This document shows, one piece after another, positions 24,465-37,622 of a stretch of DNA of 64,000 nt. Numbering within the stretch: position 1 is the first letter of the stretch; the number at the start of each line of letters is the position of its first letter. The DNA is from Azolla caroliniana (lineage: Eukaryota > Plantae > Polypodiophyta). A program made the translations under genes and the position numbers. The notes beneath the pieces were generated by a model. That model saw only the letters and a list, made by a program, of their open reading frames with translations, searched no databases and had not been told where the DNA came from. The stretch lies in assembly GCA_043228905.1 (NCBI GenBank), contig JBHGNT010000002.1, forward strand, positions 3,844,001 through 3,908,000, read 5' to 3'.

Positions 24465-24795
24465 TCTAGTAGCCCTGCTAACCCGGCCCTTGAAATAACA
24501 ATCGCCTAACTCAGTAGCCCTATCTCGAAGAAGTAACCCAACTCGAATTTTTAATCTCGATAAGCCTGACTCATCATTAGTAACTTGACTTAGCAAAAAA
24601 CTTAGTACCCCCCCGATGGGCCCGTCGCAATAACCCGACTTAGCAAAAAAACTCAATAGTCCCGACTTGATGTAGTAGCCCAATTCATTTGTTTCAGCTA
24701 ACTCAATTTGTAATTGTAGTAGCCAGACTCATTGTTGTAAGGTGACTCAAATTTTAATTGCAGTATTTTGGCTCGTAGTAGTAACCTGACTCCAA
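24465..24795. repeat. Array of short TAGTAGCCCGACT/TAACCCGACT-like motifs
   Basis: More than ten degenerate, irregularly spaced copies (e.g. AGTAACCCAACTC, TAAGCCTGACTC, TAACCCGACTT, TAGTCCCGACTT, TAGCCAGACTC, TAACCTGACTC). Confidence 0.7.
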
Positions 24796-26304
24796 AATTA
24801 TTCTTGTGATATGCATGCAAATTGCGCATGCATTGGATGATTTTGAAAAACCTGCATGTTGGTGAGTGAAAGGAAATTTTTGGGTTGGGGAAAATGTTGT
24901 TGAAATATGGTATTAGGGTTCAGATTCTTATGGATGTATGCATGCAGATTGTGGATGCATTGGATGTTTGTTGACATCTAGTATATGATGTTCATGCAAG
25001 GGTCATTGGTTTTCATAATTTTGGGAATTCTACCTTGCTTGCATAAATGGATGTCAGGTCCTCAGAGTTCCCTAAGTTTTGATTCTGATTGGGGTGAAAG
25101 AAGACCCATCGAAGGGAGGTGTGGCATAATTCATTCTTCAACAATGTATACGACACTATAATTATGATGCATGCATGCTAACTTCGGTTTTTGTTGCATG
25201 GTTTTTGTAAGATGGGGTGTCAGAAGCAAACATATTTGTCAAATTGGAGGTTGAAAATAGCGGACCCAATACCAAAACATCAACCATCAAATGTTGATGC
25301 TCCTCCAAAAGGTAGATTTGTGTACATCCTTATATTCCACCTCCAGGTATGTATATATTCATTTCTAATGCATATGTCATTACCAACACATTTCACACTA
25401 GATGTACGGATCAAATACTTAAAGATGTTAAGAGAATACTAGAAAGATATGTGTTTGATGACAACACACAATTCAATGCGTGGATGAGGCGAGATATTGG
25501 CTTAGAAAATTGAGCATGACCACTACAACTCAATGGCAGAATGTTTCGCTCCAATTATCTTATTTTGATTCCCAAAACCTTGCAAGTAAATTTAAGCACC
25601 AACTCGGAATTCAAATGATCATACACATGTTATCACTATGTGGGTCATTACCATTTATGGATACGCACCCTTGTGTCTTTGTTGGTGTCGTTGGATGAAT
25701 CTCCCTCTTATGACTCCCTCATACACGACCCCATGTTACATGATACATGATCCTTTGTCCCTACAATGGACATAAAATCCTCCCAACATATTCTTTGGGT
25801 CTTGCAGAACCATTTTGAGGATCGCAAGCAAAATCAAAAGTTTATATGTGTCTAAAGAAAGCGTCGGGCCCACACACACACACCTCGTGGACATGATATC
25901 TTTTTTCGATTGAATGCACCAAAGAAAAGTGCCCAGCCTAGGGGGGGGGGGGGGGGATGTACCCATTTGGTCCGTACGTTCCAAAATGTCCATATTATCA
26001 ATCAAAATGTCCATTTGATCATGAGATGCTTTTTTAGGCCATGAGAGGAAACATATCGGGTGCGATTTGAGGAACATTTCCCAATTTGACCAATGCCGAA
26101 GAAAGCACCCAAGGTAGAAGATGCCTAATGCGGGAGCCCGACTCGCCATTTGATACACATATCAACGACTGGTCACGAGAAAAAGCACATCGGTCAGAGA
26201 GTGTGTGATGAGGTCATGCATGTAAGACAGTAAGTCTCTGTGTGTGAATGACCCCAATGGAAACCTCCTTACTCTAGAAAACATTGACACACACAGACAC
26301 ACAT

Positions 26305-26307
<3 letters not shown>

Positions 26308-26363
<56 letters not shown>

Positions 26364-26460
26364 TGTATGTATATGTATACGGTATATGTATAGCATATAT
26401 GTGTATATGTATGTGTATGCATATGTATATGTATATGTATGTGTGTATGTTTGTAATATG
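26308..26460. repeat. (AT)n/(ATGT)n microsatellite inside a probable 5' UTR intron
   Basis: Flanked by donor GTAAGT at 26230 and acceptor TTTTACCAG ending at 26479, upstream of ATG 26575. Confidence 0.8.
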
Positions 26461-26574
26461 TATACATATGTTTTACCAGGTACATATGGAGAAAAAGAGG
26501 TCTTCTTCTTCTTCCATATCTTGACATATGATTTTACTGCCCTGATCTGCCCTGTTTTGTTCTCCTCTTTCATC

Positions 26575-29500
26575 ATGTCAATGACCAAGCTTCTCAGTAG
26601 TGGGCTCTCTGCAATCTCTGATGGTGTCAGCAAGGCCAGGAAAAGCTATGCCTCAAAGCATGAGAACAGTGTCCTCTCAGAGCTCAAGAACAAAGATCTC
26701 TCTCCCTCGGACCATGTTTTCCAAGGTCAGTTTTAGACCCCACCTCCCAGAAAAAAAACAAAATTAGCAGAAATGAAAATTGATTGGCCTTATTCTGTTT
26801 AATTGTTTCAGTAATAGATGTGTCGCTGAATAAAACAGATTCCTATATTTACTTAATAATTAAAATTCGATATTAAAACTTGAAAAATTATATTTGTAAG
26901 ATCATGTCTTTGAAGATTACCTTGATTAATTACAGGTAGATGTACACACATGTATATATTTATAATTATATTCTTTTTAAACAAAGATTTTTCTCTCTTC
27001 GATATTTTACCAGTGAAGGTGACTATCTGATTATTATGTCTTTGAAGGAAAACATGAAGGGTATTGTGTGAATTTTGGAAACTAGAGCTGCATTTAGAAA
27101 AAGAAGCTCTTTCACTTTCTCATAGACAAAAACAAACAAGGGTCTTTTAGATAATATTTAATATTTATTACCTACTTTATTTTATTTTTTTAAGCAAATC
27201 ATTTTCTATCGCAGAGCATGTCTTTAAAGACTAAAGTTAAATGTTTTTCAGTATTTTTTTTGGTTTAAAGCAAAGGTCTAATTTTCTCTGAGATAATGTC
27301 TTTGAAGGTCATTTTTCATATAATACATCAGAAGCTTCGCTCTTTTTAACTGCAATATGTTAAAACATATTGCAAACGTTCTTCATTTTTTTACATAAAT
27401 AATTCTATTTTTTATAATCTGTAAAGAATACTGTATCATGCAACAATATAGATTACTGGCCCTTTTGTAACTTGAATAAATCTGTAATTGATTTCTTATT
27501 CACTCTAGACACGACACATACAACACTGTAAATTCTCCTGCGTATATATGTTATGCACGCGGGATAGTTTAGTCTATCTCTCTTTAGCGTGTTATCTTTC
27601 TTCTTAGGTATTCATATTATGTTTTTCTTCTATATATGTCTTCAGCTCTCTTAAAAGTATACTTTCTCTACATGGCTGGGTATAAACATGAAGTTATTGC
27701 AAGTGCTCTTCAAGCAGGAAAACGCCTGGTAATTTTTTTGACTCTCATATGACATACTTTTTGGTTAACATTTTATTCGAATGCATAAAGTCTGGAATTA
27801 TCTATGTACATTGGGATCTGTCAAAACCTTTTACAGCCAATAGAAATATCACAAAAATCTAGTTTCAAGCAGTGTTTCTGTTGGATTTTATTTATTTATT
27901 TATTTATAATTTTACTTTCGATGAATGGGTAAATATCCCATTTTTTTGTAAACCATTTGTCTCATGGGTCAATTTTGGCCTTAGAAGACGTTAATATAAC
28001 TTTCTTTCTTTCTTTCTCTCTCTCACGATATGTATATGTGTGTGTGTGTGTGTGAGTGTGTATCCACACACATAAATATAAATGTAAACAAATAACTATC
28101 TCTATCTATCTACACATATATAAATATTTATAAGAAACATTAAAAAGTGTACTGAAGTTTTACTGAGTGACGATACATTTTTATTTCCTTGGATCATGAG
28201 TGCTTGAGTCTAGATTGTGGACATTATTTTTTAACCATGAACTGTCTTTTATATAAACATAAATTTCATGAAAATCTAAAATTATGTGGAGAGACATACA
28301 AATTTATTTTTTTATAGATTTTGGACTGTTGACTTTACATATTTTCAGCTGGTAATAAATTTCTATAAAGGCTAGTTTTCATGAACCAATGCTTGCTTCA
28401 TTCCGTTTCTTGAAAAACTGTTTCAAATATCCACATATATTTTTTCCTAATGGAAAGCTTCAAAAGATTCATTCATGTTGTCCTGAAAGAAATCTATGAA
28501 ATATCCACACGGAACTTTTTCCTAAAGAAAGTTCTGTTTGCAGACAGATGGAGAGAAAAGTAGTGTGCCAATTGATGTTGTGGGCATCTTTAGCAGTACA
28601 GTGTGTGGTGAATGCCTCAAATATGGAGACCTCGAAAAAGGAAAATTCCAACAAGGTGTGCAGGACTTCATAAACAAGACTAGGATAGGAAAGGAGCATT
28701 TTGATCGTGATGGTCTGGTCCATGACATCTATTATGCAGTGCTTATTGTTACTGAGGTAAGTGCTAACACATTTCTGGTTTCCTTTAAAGTTGCAAATGG
28801 GAGAGAAATGGAATATTTACATTAACATCTTCAAAAGGCCAAAGTAACCCATGAGACTAAATGTTACATACACTTGCGATTTGAATCTTATAGAATGTCT
28901 GGTAAATTTAAGCAAAAATCAATTGTTCCTAATCTAGGTAGTTAGGCTGCAATCAAAGTCAAATCACATAGCAACCAAACATAAAAGTTATACTTAGGAT
29001 ACAATGTACAAAAGCAAGACATAGGTAGACCATGGGTGGATCAACCATGCACACCCGTGTAGGCGGATTTCATATAGTATCAATCTCCGCTGAATATAAC
29101 TGTGTAGGGGATCATGGCTACCCTTGGGCAATGGTACCCTATAGCTTCTAATGGCGACAACATCTTCTCTGTGATGATCGGCATGCTCTTGAGCATCTGG
29201 TGCGGGCCAATGAAACAGCACAGTTAAGCAATATCCTTCTATTAGGTGAAGTTTTTACTTGGTCTGAGGTCTATTGCTATAGTCGTCAGAAGAAGTTGAC
29301 ATCTGCCTTTGTACATGCCTTCTATTAGGTAAAGTTTTTACTTGGTCTGAGGTCTATTGCTATAGTCGTCAGAAGAAGTTGACATCTGCCTTTATACATG
29401 CCCTTTTTATGCTGGCTGCACGAATCTCTAAATAAAAATAACTCCAAAAATCTCTAAATTATAGAAATTCATGACCCAAGAAAATGGTCCAGATCCCTGC

Positions 29501-32341
29501 CTAAAGTTGCAGTGGAATTATCCCCAAATACATGCTATGCGCATAACCTGAGGGACCAATTCTAATGCCAAATTTAATGGTTTAGGTGTAGGATAAATAG
29601 GAAACCATTATCGTAGGACATTGAACAAACAAATAATGACAAATGGAAACTTGTGGTGGTTTTGGAACCTAAGGTGTTGGGCTATACAAAGGGAACTAGC
29701 TACCCCCATTATTACGGCATCTTGAGACATTGTCAAGTCTCTATTGGTGAGGCAAAGCTCTCTTCTATCAGATCCATTCATCTCAACTTCCAATATATAG
29801 CATAAGATAATATTCCGTGGTATGAGATACAGATGATATTTTATGTTGGTCTCTTGTCCTGTGCTTGGGGGTTGTTTGTGTGGTTAAGTACCGCCATTAC
29901 ACCATTTTTTATTAATCTAAGTATTCATTGCCTATCATTAGTATATTCTGAACTCATAATAATCTCACAATATAGTGTGAATTGTGAGTGTTGTGCGCCT
30001 TAGACTCACGCTATATGTGATTATGTCAATGGTACACCCAATATCAACAGACTACTGTGATGCCGTGGGTGAATCAGCTATGTACACTCTTGTAGGCTCA
30101 TGCCATATGACATAAATCTCCTCCATAGTGAACCGCTCACTTGGGGGATCATGGTCTCTTTTGTGCAATGATACTCTGTATCCTCTGATGGAAGCAAAAT
30201 CTTGTAAGCGATGATCTGTATATTCTCAGGCGCTGGAGCATGCCAATTAAATAGCTCAGCCAAGAAATTTACCTCTATGAGGTGCTGTTTGTTGTTGCTC
30301 TGAGGTCTCTTGACATGTCCTTCAAAAGAATTCCAACTTTTGCCTTTGCACTATATGCTGGCTGTATACTCAGAGTAGACTCTAAATCTATAGATATCCA
30401 GTAAAAACAACCCCAAAGATCTTTTATCATAGAAGTTCATGCCCCACGGCCCAGGAAATATGCTCAAATTCCTGGCTAAAGTTGCAGTGGAATCTCCCTC
30501 GAATCCCGCAGCATACTGTGCACACTATATGTCATGCTTCTCAGACTTGTTCTGATGACAATGGTGGTGCACCTGATCCCAATCCTGATAAATGATGAAT
30601 TTTCCTAAATAAGATCAGAGAAAACATGATACAAGCAAGTGCATCATATCGTCAATTGTAGATTATATGCATTATATTGCCATTGGCATTTGCGTTGTAC
30701 TACTGTCTACACTAGTAGACACAGATGGTATAAACATGTGATTCAAACAAATTCTGATTCAGTGAACTCATGCTTGTTGGAGGGAAGATGTTTGCTAATT
30801 AGAGAAGACTGAAAGGAATGGATCACCATCTAACTGAATGGTTTGTAATGAAAAGTAGGCTCTTTGTAATGTACGTCCCGAATCCAATTATGCTTTCATT
30901 CTTCATCCAGAGACATCAATTAATAATGCTATTGTCATTGGCCGACATTCTCTGATGATACACTCTGATGATGATAGTTCTGAAAATTGTAAAAAGTCAA
31001 CAGAATAATTTTGTTGAGTAGGGGCTATTTATTAATGCTAAATGCTTGATGAAATTGTGGCTAATCTCTATTTCATATGCTTGATACAACAAAAGTACAA
31101 TCTGCAAGCATTGCTGAACCCAATTTGTTATCATAGTGGACAACCTGAAGTGAAGGTCATTAGTGAGTCCTGTTGATCTTTTGAACTCATAGATTATGTT
31201 TGGATGTTTTTGAAGTCGTGGTTTGGTTTTAATGAGTTTCTTTTGAAGTTCTGGTTTTTAGGATTGTAATCAAGAACTTATTGATGTGATATAAATGCAA
31301 GCTACAGAATTTTGTCACTGGTTTTATTTATGTTGAGATTTGGCTTCTCTCGGTTTCATCTTTGCTTGAATTGATTGATTCATGTGTATTTCAATTGTGG
31401 TGATGTTGCTTCGAGCATCAGAAAGATTTTCTGGTCAGACATCAAGAGAAGCTTTTTGCGCAAAATGTTTGTGCATAAGAAGCAGACCAGATTCAGTATC
31501 CTCAACTCAATTCTGAAATCATTCTTCACTGTCGTTAGACATTCAATTATAGATAGGCTCACTGAAATGAGGCTTTTAGTTCTTATTCCTCAACTCAAAT
31601 GTTTGAATATGGATTTTGTGGTTATTTTTATCGACCCTCTTTGGGAATCCATAGTTTTTTTGGTGATTATTTTCTTTATGATGACAGTGATAATGATAAT
31701 AATATTGCATGTTTGTTCTAGACTATGGGAACAGAGTGGGATAATCTCCATCTCACCTTCAGAGAAGCGGCATCTCGTGTAATTGAAAATTCTGTCCATG
31801 TCACTACTGGTGAATCAAATGCAAGGTACATCTCTTAATTTTATTTGTTCAGTCATCAATGGAACAACTACATACAAAGCCTAGCTTAATTTGATATATC
31901 AACTAAAAAAGTTCTAATGCAAAATGCCTGTTAAAAAAAACTCCATGTAAAATGCTGACAAAAAAAGTTATTAATTCAAAAGACGGCAGATTCAAAAAAG
32001 CTGATACTCTTTTTCATTTTTTCATGCATGCTGATGAGGCTGAGTTATAACGAAAATTGGCAATAAAAAATATTTAATACAAAAAGGGCAATGAAGCAAG
32101 ATGCAAAATTTAAATATTCCATCTTTTTTTTTTCATGATAATATGTCATAGGATCAAAGCAGCAAAGGCACTATATCTATTTGCAACACAAATCAGAGCA
32201 TGTAGTCAAGATGCAGAGTTGAAGAGGCATAAAGCTTTGAAGGATGCTGAAGATTTAATCCAAAAAGAACAAGAAAGGCTCGCCAGATTACGACTATCAC
32301 AGTCGTCGAAAAATAATATGCAGCCTGATGATCACACTTAA
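26575..32341 (+). CDS. Protein of unknown function, 246 aa, 5 coding exons (possibly a divergent DnaJ X-domain protein)
   Basis: Exons 26575-26725, 27646-27728, 28544-28756, 31722-31825 and 32152-32341 have canonical GT-AG ends and compatible phases (1,0,0,2). They give 741 nt with no internal stop. The protein looks helical, with a C-terminal coiled-coil-like stretch (ELKRHKALKDAEDLIQKEQERLARL). Confidence 0.8.
27966..28020 (+). mobile_element. Very short LINE 3' end (same family)
   Basis: TTTTGGCCTTAGAAGACGTTAATATAAC(TTTC)n is the reverse complement of the tail region at 3770-3816. Confidence 0.65.
29025..30525. repeat. Two diverged ~500-bp copies (about 29025-29545 and 30060-30525), plus an internal 83-bp tandem duplication (29235-29400)
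   Basis: Shared anchors GGGGATCATGG, GATGATC, CTGAGGTCT, TATGCTGGCTG and CTAAAGTTGCAGTGGAAT occur in the same order in both copies. Confidence 0.8.
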
Positions 32342-33767
32342 AAACCTGTATTCACCAAACAGCTATTATTTCATAATATTGTGTAAAATTTTCTTTTTCC
32401 AGCATTTATTTGCTCATTTTTTCATATTCTTAATTGTATCAATATCTGTGTCGACATCAATATTATCATCATTTTTTTTGATCAAAAACATGCCACCCAT
32501 GTATCATGTTCTTCGAGTTTACTTTCCCTTTTTGATCAATTATTTTCGATTGATGTTCTGAGTATGTATCTTGCTTGCACTCCAGACATTGGTTTGAGTC
32601 GAGCTTTCTGAACATCTATCTATTTGCTTTGCTATGGGTTCATGTATCTTTAATTCATTTGTCATTCCCACCCATGCATCATTTTCTTCAAGTTTCCTTT
32701 CCTTTGATTGAATAGGCCACATTCCAAAATGTCCAGGCCGTAGAAATGATTCATTCCCGACAGTTTTTATTGTTAATCACCTGATTTGCTCTGTGCAAAT
32801 TGTGTATTTTGGTGGTCCTTATTTGTTGATGCTATAAGAGCAATGTAACAAATTTCTGTGAAAAAAATATGAAATAGAGCTTTCCAAAGTTTAGGGGTTT
32901 GGGGTTTAGGAAAGCCAATGCCTCACACATAGAGAGTTTTACCATCCTTGAAAGGTAAAAAGAAAAGACCTATGGGGCACATTTGCTTCAGGAGTCCATT
33001 AACTCGAAAAATCTTTTAAAAGACCAAACTCTAAATTTTTTAACCTTTATAAATTGTTTACAACAACGCTGTTGTAAACCTCTTAAACAATTTTAGCTAG
33101 TAATTTGCAGAAAAAATTGAAATGGAAAATGAAACTTCTAAATATATCAGAGCTTACTGTTTTCATATCAGAAATATAACCTTACAAGCCAAAGTGAACT
33201 ATGATTTTACAATTTCAAACCAAACTGTTTTCCAACCAAACCCTGTTAAGCTGGAGTTCAAACCAAGCTATTGACAATTAGTGAACCACAAGCGTGGAGG
33301 AAGGTGATTGCTCCTCTCACATTAAATCGCATATGAGCAAGATGATGTGTTGGAACCTCATGTTTAATAGCTCTTCTCACTTGTCATTCCATGTAGCTAT
33401 CTCAACATGCTAGGTTTATGTGATAATTTGTTATTCTCGACATCTTCGTTCCATTTTGAAGTATATGACTGATCAATAAGACATGATTTGATGTCTGCCT
33501 TCTCACCACCCGATATCATGATTGCCAATCCCTACATTTCACAGGGTCATACAGTAAATTAGAGAACGTTCTCAAAGTTTGATCTGGTGTTAGTGAGGTT
33601 TTATGTTTGAGCCTCGGTGACATATGGGTCAATAGAAAGGCTACATTTTACTGACATTACTTAAGATTCACCCTGTTTTAGATAAATACAACCCCAATAT
33701 GAAAAATACAAGACTTTGGGACTTATTATTCAAGAAGTTCTTACTAAAGTCTAGGATACATGTTCAA

Positions 33768-34355
33768 TCAAATCTTGTTTTGAGCCTCATAAGCAGCAAA
33801 TGTGATGGCGGCTGCAAACTCTTCGTAGCTTATCTGGCCATCCCCATCGGTATCAGCTTCCTTCATCATCTCCGCAAGCTCCTGTTCCGACAAAACATGT
33901 CCTAACCGGGCCATAGAATTCGCCAGTTCGGTTTCACTCACATAGCCATTCCCATCACTATCAAAAGCTCGGAAAAGAGAACGCAACTGCTCCTCAGTGT
34001 AAAACATTGCTGTCATTGGTAATCGTTTCACATTATCATCATCATCTTCTTCTTCTCCTATTATAGGATTGCTTACTTTGTCATGAGGTGGCTTTGTTAG
34101 AACCAGATTTACAAACTCTTGGAACTCGATCATGCCATTGTTATTGGTATCAGCCCTCTCTAGGAGGGATTCTAACTGTTGTTGATCTGGCTTTAACCCT
34201 AGGGATCTTAGGAGTGCCCCAAGCTGTAGTTCTGTAAGGCTTCCATCTTTGTCTTTGTCAAACCTGTAGAAAATCTCTGCTAAATGTTGCTCATCTATCA
34301 TCATTATCATCGGCGACGATGATGGCAATAATGAAGATGAAGATGATGCTTCCAT
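33768..34355 (-). CDS. CML: Calmodulin-like protein, CML15-18 type (closest in memory to CML17/18), four EF-hands, 195 aa
   Basis: Intronless CDS with loops DKDKDGSLTELQ, DTNNNGMIEFQE, DSDGNGYVSETE and DTDGDGQISYEE, plus clade motifs LGALLRSLGLKP, YTEEQL, ELANSMARLGH and AITFAA. Probable 5' UTR intron at 34374-34933 (GT-AG). Confidence 0.95.
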   Translation of the reverse strand: MEASSSSSLLPSSSPMIMMIDEQHLAEIFYRFDKDKDGSLTELQLGALLRSLGLKPDQQQLESLLERADTNNNGMIEFQEFVNLVLTKPPHDKVSNPIIGEEEDDDDNVKRLPMTAMFYTEEQLRSLFRAFDSDGNGYVSETELANSMARLGHVLSEQELAEMMKEADTDGDGQISYEEFAAAITFAAYEAQNKI

Positions 34356-37300
34356 CGATTGATCGTACTGATCCTAATTTTCAATGAGATGACCTTTTGT
34401 CACTCAAACCTTTTTAATCATCATAGAAGAAAACAAACATTTGTTATGAAAATAGCAAAGAGAAACATATTCTGAATTAAAATGACATAGAAACGTTATT
34501 TATTGATATAGGAATAACATATACAATCAAGTAAAACTCATATACAGCCTTTCCAAATGAAAGAAGGCCCAAAAATCAAATTTGAGACAAAGAGAGAAAC
34601 ATGGAAGAAAGGAGGAATCCACCATGTCTGTAGTGACAGAAATCAAATATGCTTAATCCTTAAATCCATATATGCATAAGGGTATGTACATGTCTATTTA
34701 TCTATCTACTTGTACATGTGTATGTGTGCATCTACATGTACATGTGTGCACGTATCATGTCTTTTGGCATTGAAAGTGAATTAAACCACTTCATGATACT
34801 GTGGCTATACGATTGAACATCATAATAATATGGTCTATAATAAAATTTAAAAAAACAAAGCAAAACAGAGGATAAAAACTATTAAGATGATATGCCTTTA
34901 AATTGATGACAAGGGGAGAGAGATTGCCATTACCTTGGATGGTGAAATCAACATCAATGGTGTTAATTCCTTCCTTTGAAGACTTAGTGTGTGGATCGCA
35001 TCAATAAGTAGTGGAAAAGGATTGATGAGGGAAGCATGATGCCAGGGAGAGAGAGAGAGACAGACAGACACACAGAAAAGAGAAAGAGACCCAAGTTATC
35101 CTCCTGCCCAAATTAGGAAACCCCAATTTAAGGACTCTCATACTACTACTTAGATCCACATAATCTGATGAAAACTGAGATTCTTGTTCATTTCTGGACT
35201 GTAAATAGTAACCCAACCTTCCCCATTGGCACCCCGAGTTTGCGAATGGGTTTCCCGCACACCCCCCGAGTGTGTCGTTTAAGTCCGAGGTCCACTTATT
35301 GGGCGGCCATTACCGAGCCTTGAAAATGTGGCATTGTGCTCATATGGTGGTCACACACAATTGGCAAGCGAAACGTATGTACAAGATAGCTGGCAGTACA
35401 AGCAGTCGAGCAAGCTTGAGGCTAGAAGGAAAGCATAGGGAAATGGGCATTGTGTGGTGTTGACATGACATGACAATGATCGATTGGGTTCTCAAAAGAC
35501 TGGGGGTATTATATCTGGCAACCATCTTGAACTTCCGCAATGTGTACTTCATTCCATCGTGGTTGCCCTCGGAAAAACGCGAGCTCTAATGAAGTCTGAT
35601 GACAAATAATATGGCTACCAAAAAATGGTCACGGTTTGGAGTGACACTTGACTACAATTGTTACGGAATGGAATTTGAACTATGTAGTGTCCACTGTCAA
35701 ACCAACCATACATTACTTCTTGTTCACGCGGTCATCCATTACTTCTAAATATTCATGATTGTTCTGTAGAATACAATATTCCTAACTAGTTGTGGACAAA
35801 CCAATAAAGGGGTTGTACAACCTAGTTGGGTATGGTCAAAGACAAGGGTTGTTATAGATTGTTACGACATCTTCATGATCCAACATAGGACCTATATTGT
35901 TAGGCACAAAGATTTCAGTGGCCTTCTAGTGTGCTTAGTTAAGTAGTGTTGCATGAAATTGTTTCAACTTCACGTTTTGAATTGTGTATTGGCCAAATGA
36001 GGGCCGGGATATGGGATTGGAAACATGTTATGGTTACAATGAGCCAATGACCTCATTTATCGAGGCCATGTTGAAAGAAATGCAAATTTAGGCAAATATA
36101 TATGCTAATATTCTTATTTTTGTCATGACTTCTTGACATTATGTTTTTCTTATTCCTTCAATCTGGCTTAAGTACATCATTAGTGGTGAAACTAAAAGAC
36201 CAACACCTTTGCTTTGGAGATTATTGATAGTCATCATTAAGTAGACAACGAATGTTGAGGTACTCAAAATATCAAGCACATATATAATTCAATTTTTGTA
36301 TTTGAAATCAGATTTAAGCTCGAATTATGTTTGGGATACTCTTAAAAATATATGTGAACAACTAGAGTCCATTTTTCATGATAACTAGTTACCACTTTAA
36401 TGAAAGGATATGAGTTTTGAGTTCAGACATACAAGGCATTCCTTGCAACATATCAACATTTCACCATCTGTTTTGTAAATATCTCCTGAAGTAGTGTAAT
36501 CCAAAAGGAATTTAATAATTGACCAATTGATTGCACTATGCAAAATCAACTACATTTCAAGGATGCTCATACAAAACTTTGTCAATATTCTCCATAATGA
36601 ACCAAACAAAAGAATCTTGTCAAAAGAGGGCTATTTTTAAGTTATAACATTGCCACTAAGTTGTCATGGTGGAGAGCCACCACCATGTGCATACTATTTA
36701 GAAATGTATCTATAAGCACAAGGGCATTTAGGGCAATGCGAAAACATAAAATGATTTAAACAATTTGGACTACAAGTACAATGAGAGGACATGTTGCAAT
36801 TCTTTTCTTTCAATTTTGGGTGTTATAAGCATGATTAGTTAATGTTAAGCACATGTTGATGATAAATAGTTTATCAAATGACAATGCTAAACGATGCACA
36901 TTTATTCATTCCAATCGACCACTTGAAACTCACCTAAAAGACTTAAACCCCATTATTGTTCCTAGTTTGTGTCTTGTTGCTGCAATCATATGATGTTGTC
37001 ATGATTCCCTAGTGTCAAAACACCAAACTCTACAATTTCTTGGTTTTCTATTCCTTGAGAATTAGAATTGTTTTGCTCTTGTCATTTTGATCCTCACAAC
37101 CAAGAAAGATATATGTTTATAGACCATTTTAGTAATTTAACATAAACACTTCATCAACTTTTCACCACACCTACCCAAAACTTTCTCATTTCATAGAATA
37201 TGGTGCCAGAATTTTGCCATGATTAAGTTATAGTTTTGCGAATATGGTAAGAAAACATCTTTACACATCTATCATGCAAATGTATTGCCTACAAGAGTCA

Positions 37301-37622
37301 AGACCATGGATTTTCAATCTCAAAAGCTAGCATGAATATAAAATACTCTTGACATATATCCAAAACATATCAACATCATATCACCAAATACAATAGATAT
37401 CAACAATTGCGACTAATAATCTCAATCATGGACCCAAAGAGTTCAACATGAGCAACTCAATTAAAGCCTACTTTTCTCTCTCTCAAATAATGTGATGATA
37501 GTAGTCAACTAACTATACACATTTTTCCCAAAAAAAGTTGGGGTGTCTTAAGTATCACACTTTGATACAATCCTTTAGGTTTATCACATTCGATTATGCT
37601 TTCCGCACACCTTTGACCAAAC

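Noticed and set aside
25736-26158. 140-aa minus-strand ORF with poly-Pro
   Set aside because: The poly-Pro comes from a G16 run, there is no family motif, and the surrounding DNA looks like TE debris.
26162-26736. Overlapping ORFs of 70-150 aa rich in Y/I/V/C/M or H/T
   Set aside because: They are translations of (AT)n/(ATGT)n microsatellites. Only 26575-26725 is used in a spliced model.
31375-31782. 135-aa ORF with a hydrophobic stretch
   Set aside because: It starts at a non-ATG codon, consists of T-rich intron sequence, and overlaps the orphan gene's exon 4 in a different frame.
32890-32911. Telomere-like TTTAGGGGTTTGGGGTTTAGG
   Set aside because: Only two to three imperfect units, too short for an interstitial telomeric array.
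35560-37100. Possible decayed hAT transposase upstream of the CML
   Set aside because: Only vague motif echoes with stops in all frames and no TIR or TSD. It cannot be supported without a frameshift-aware search.
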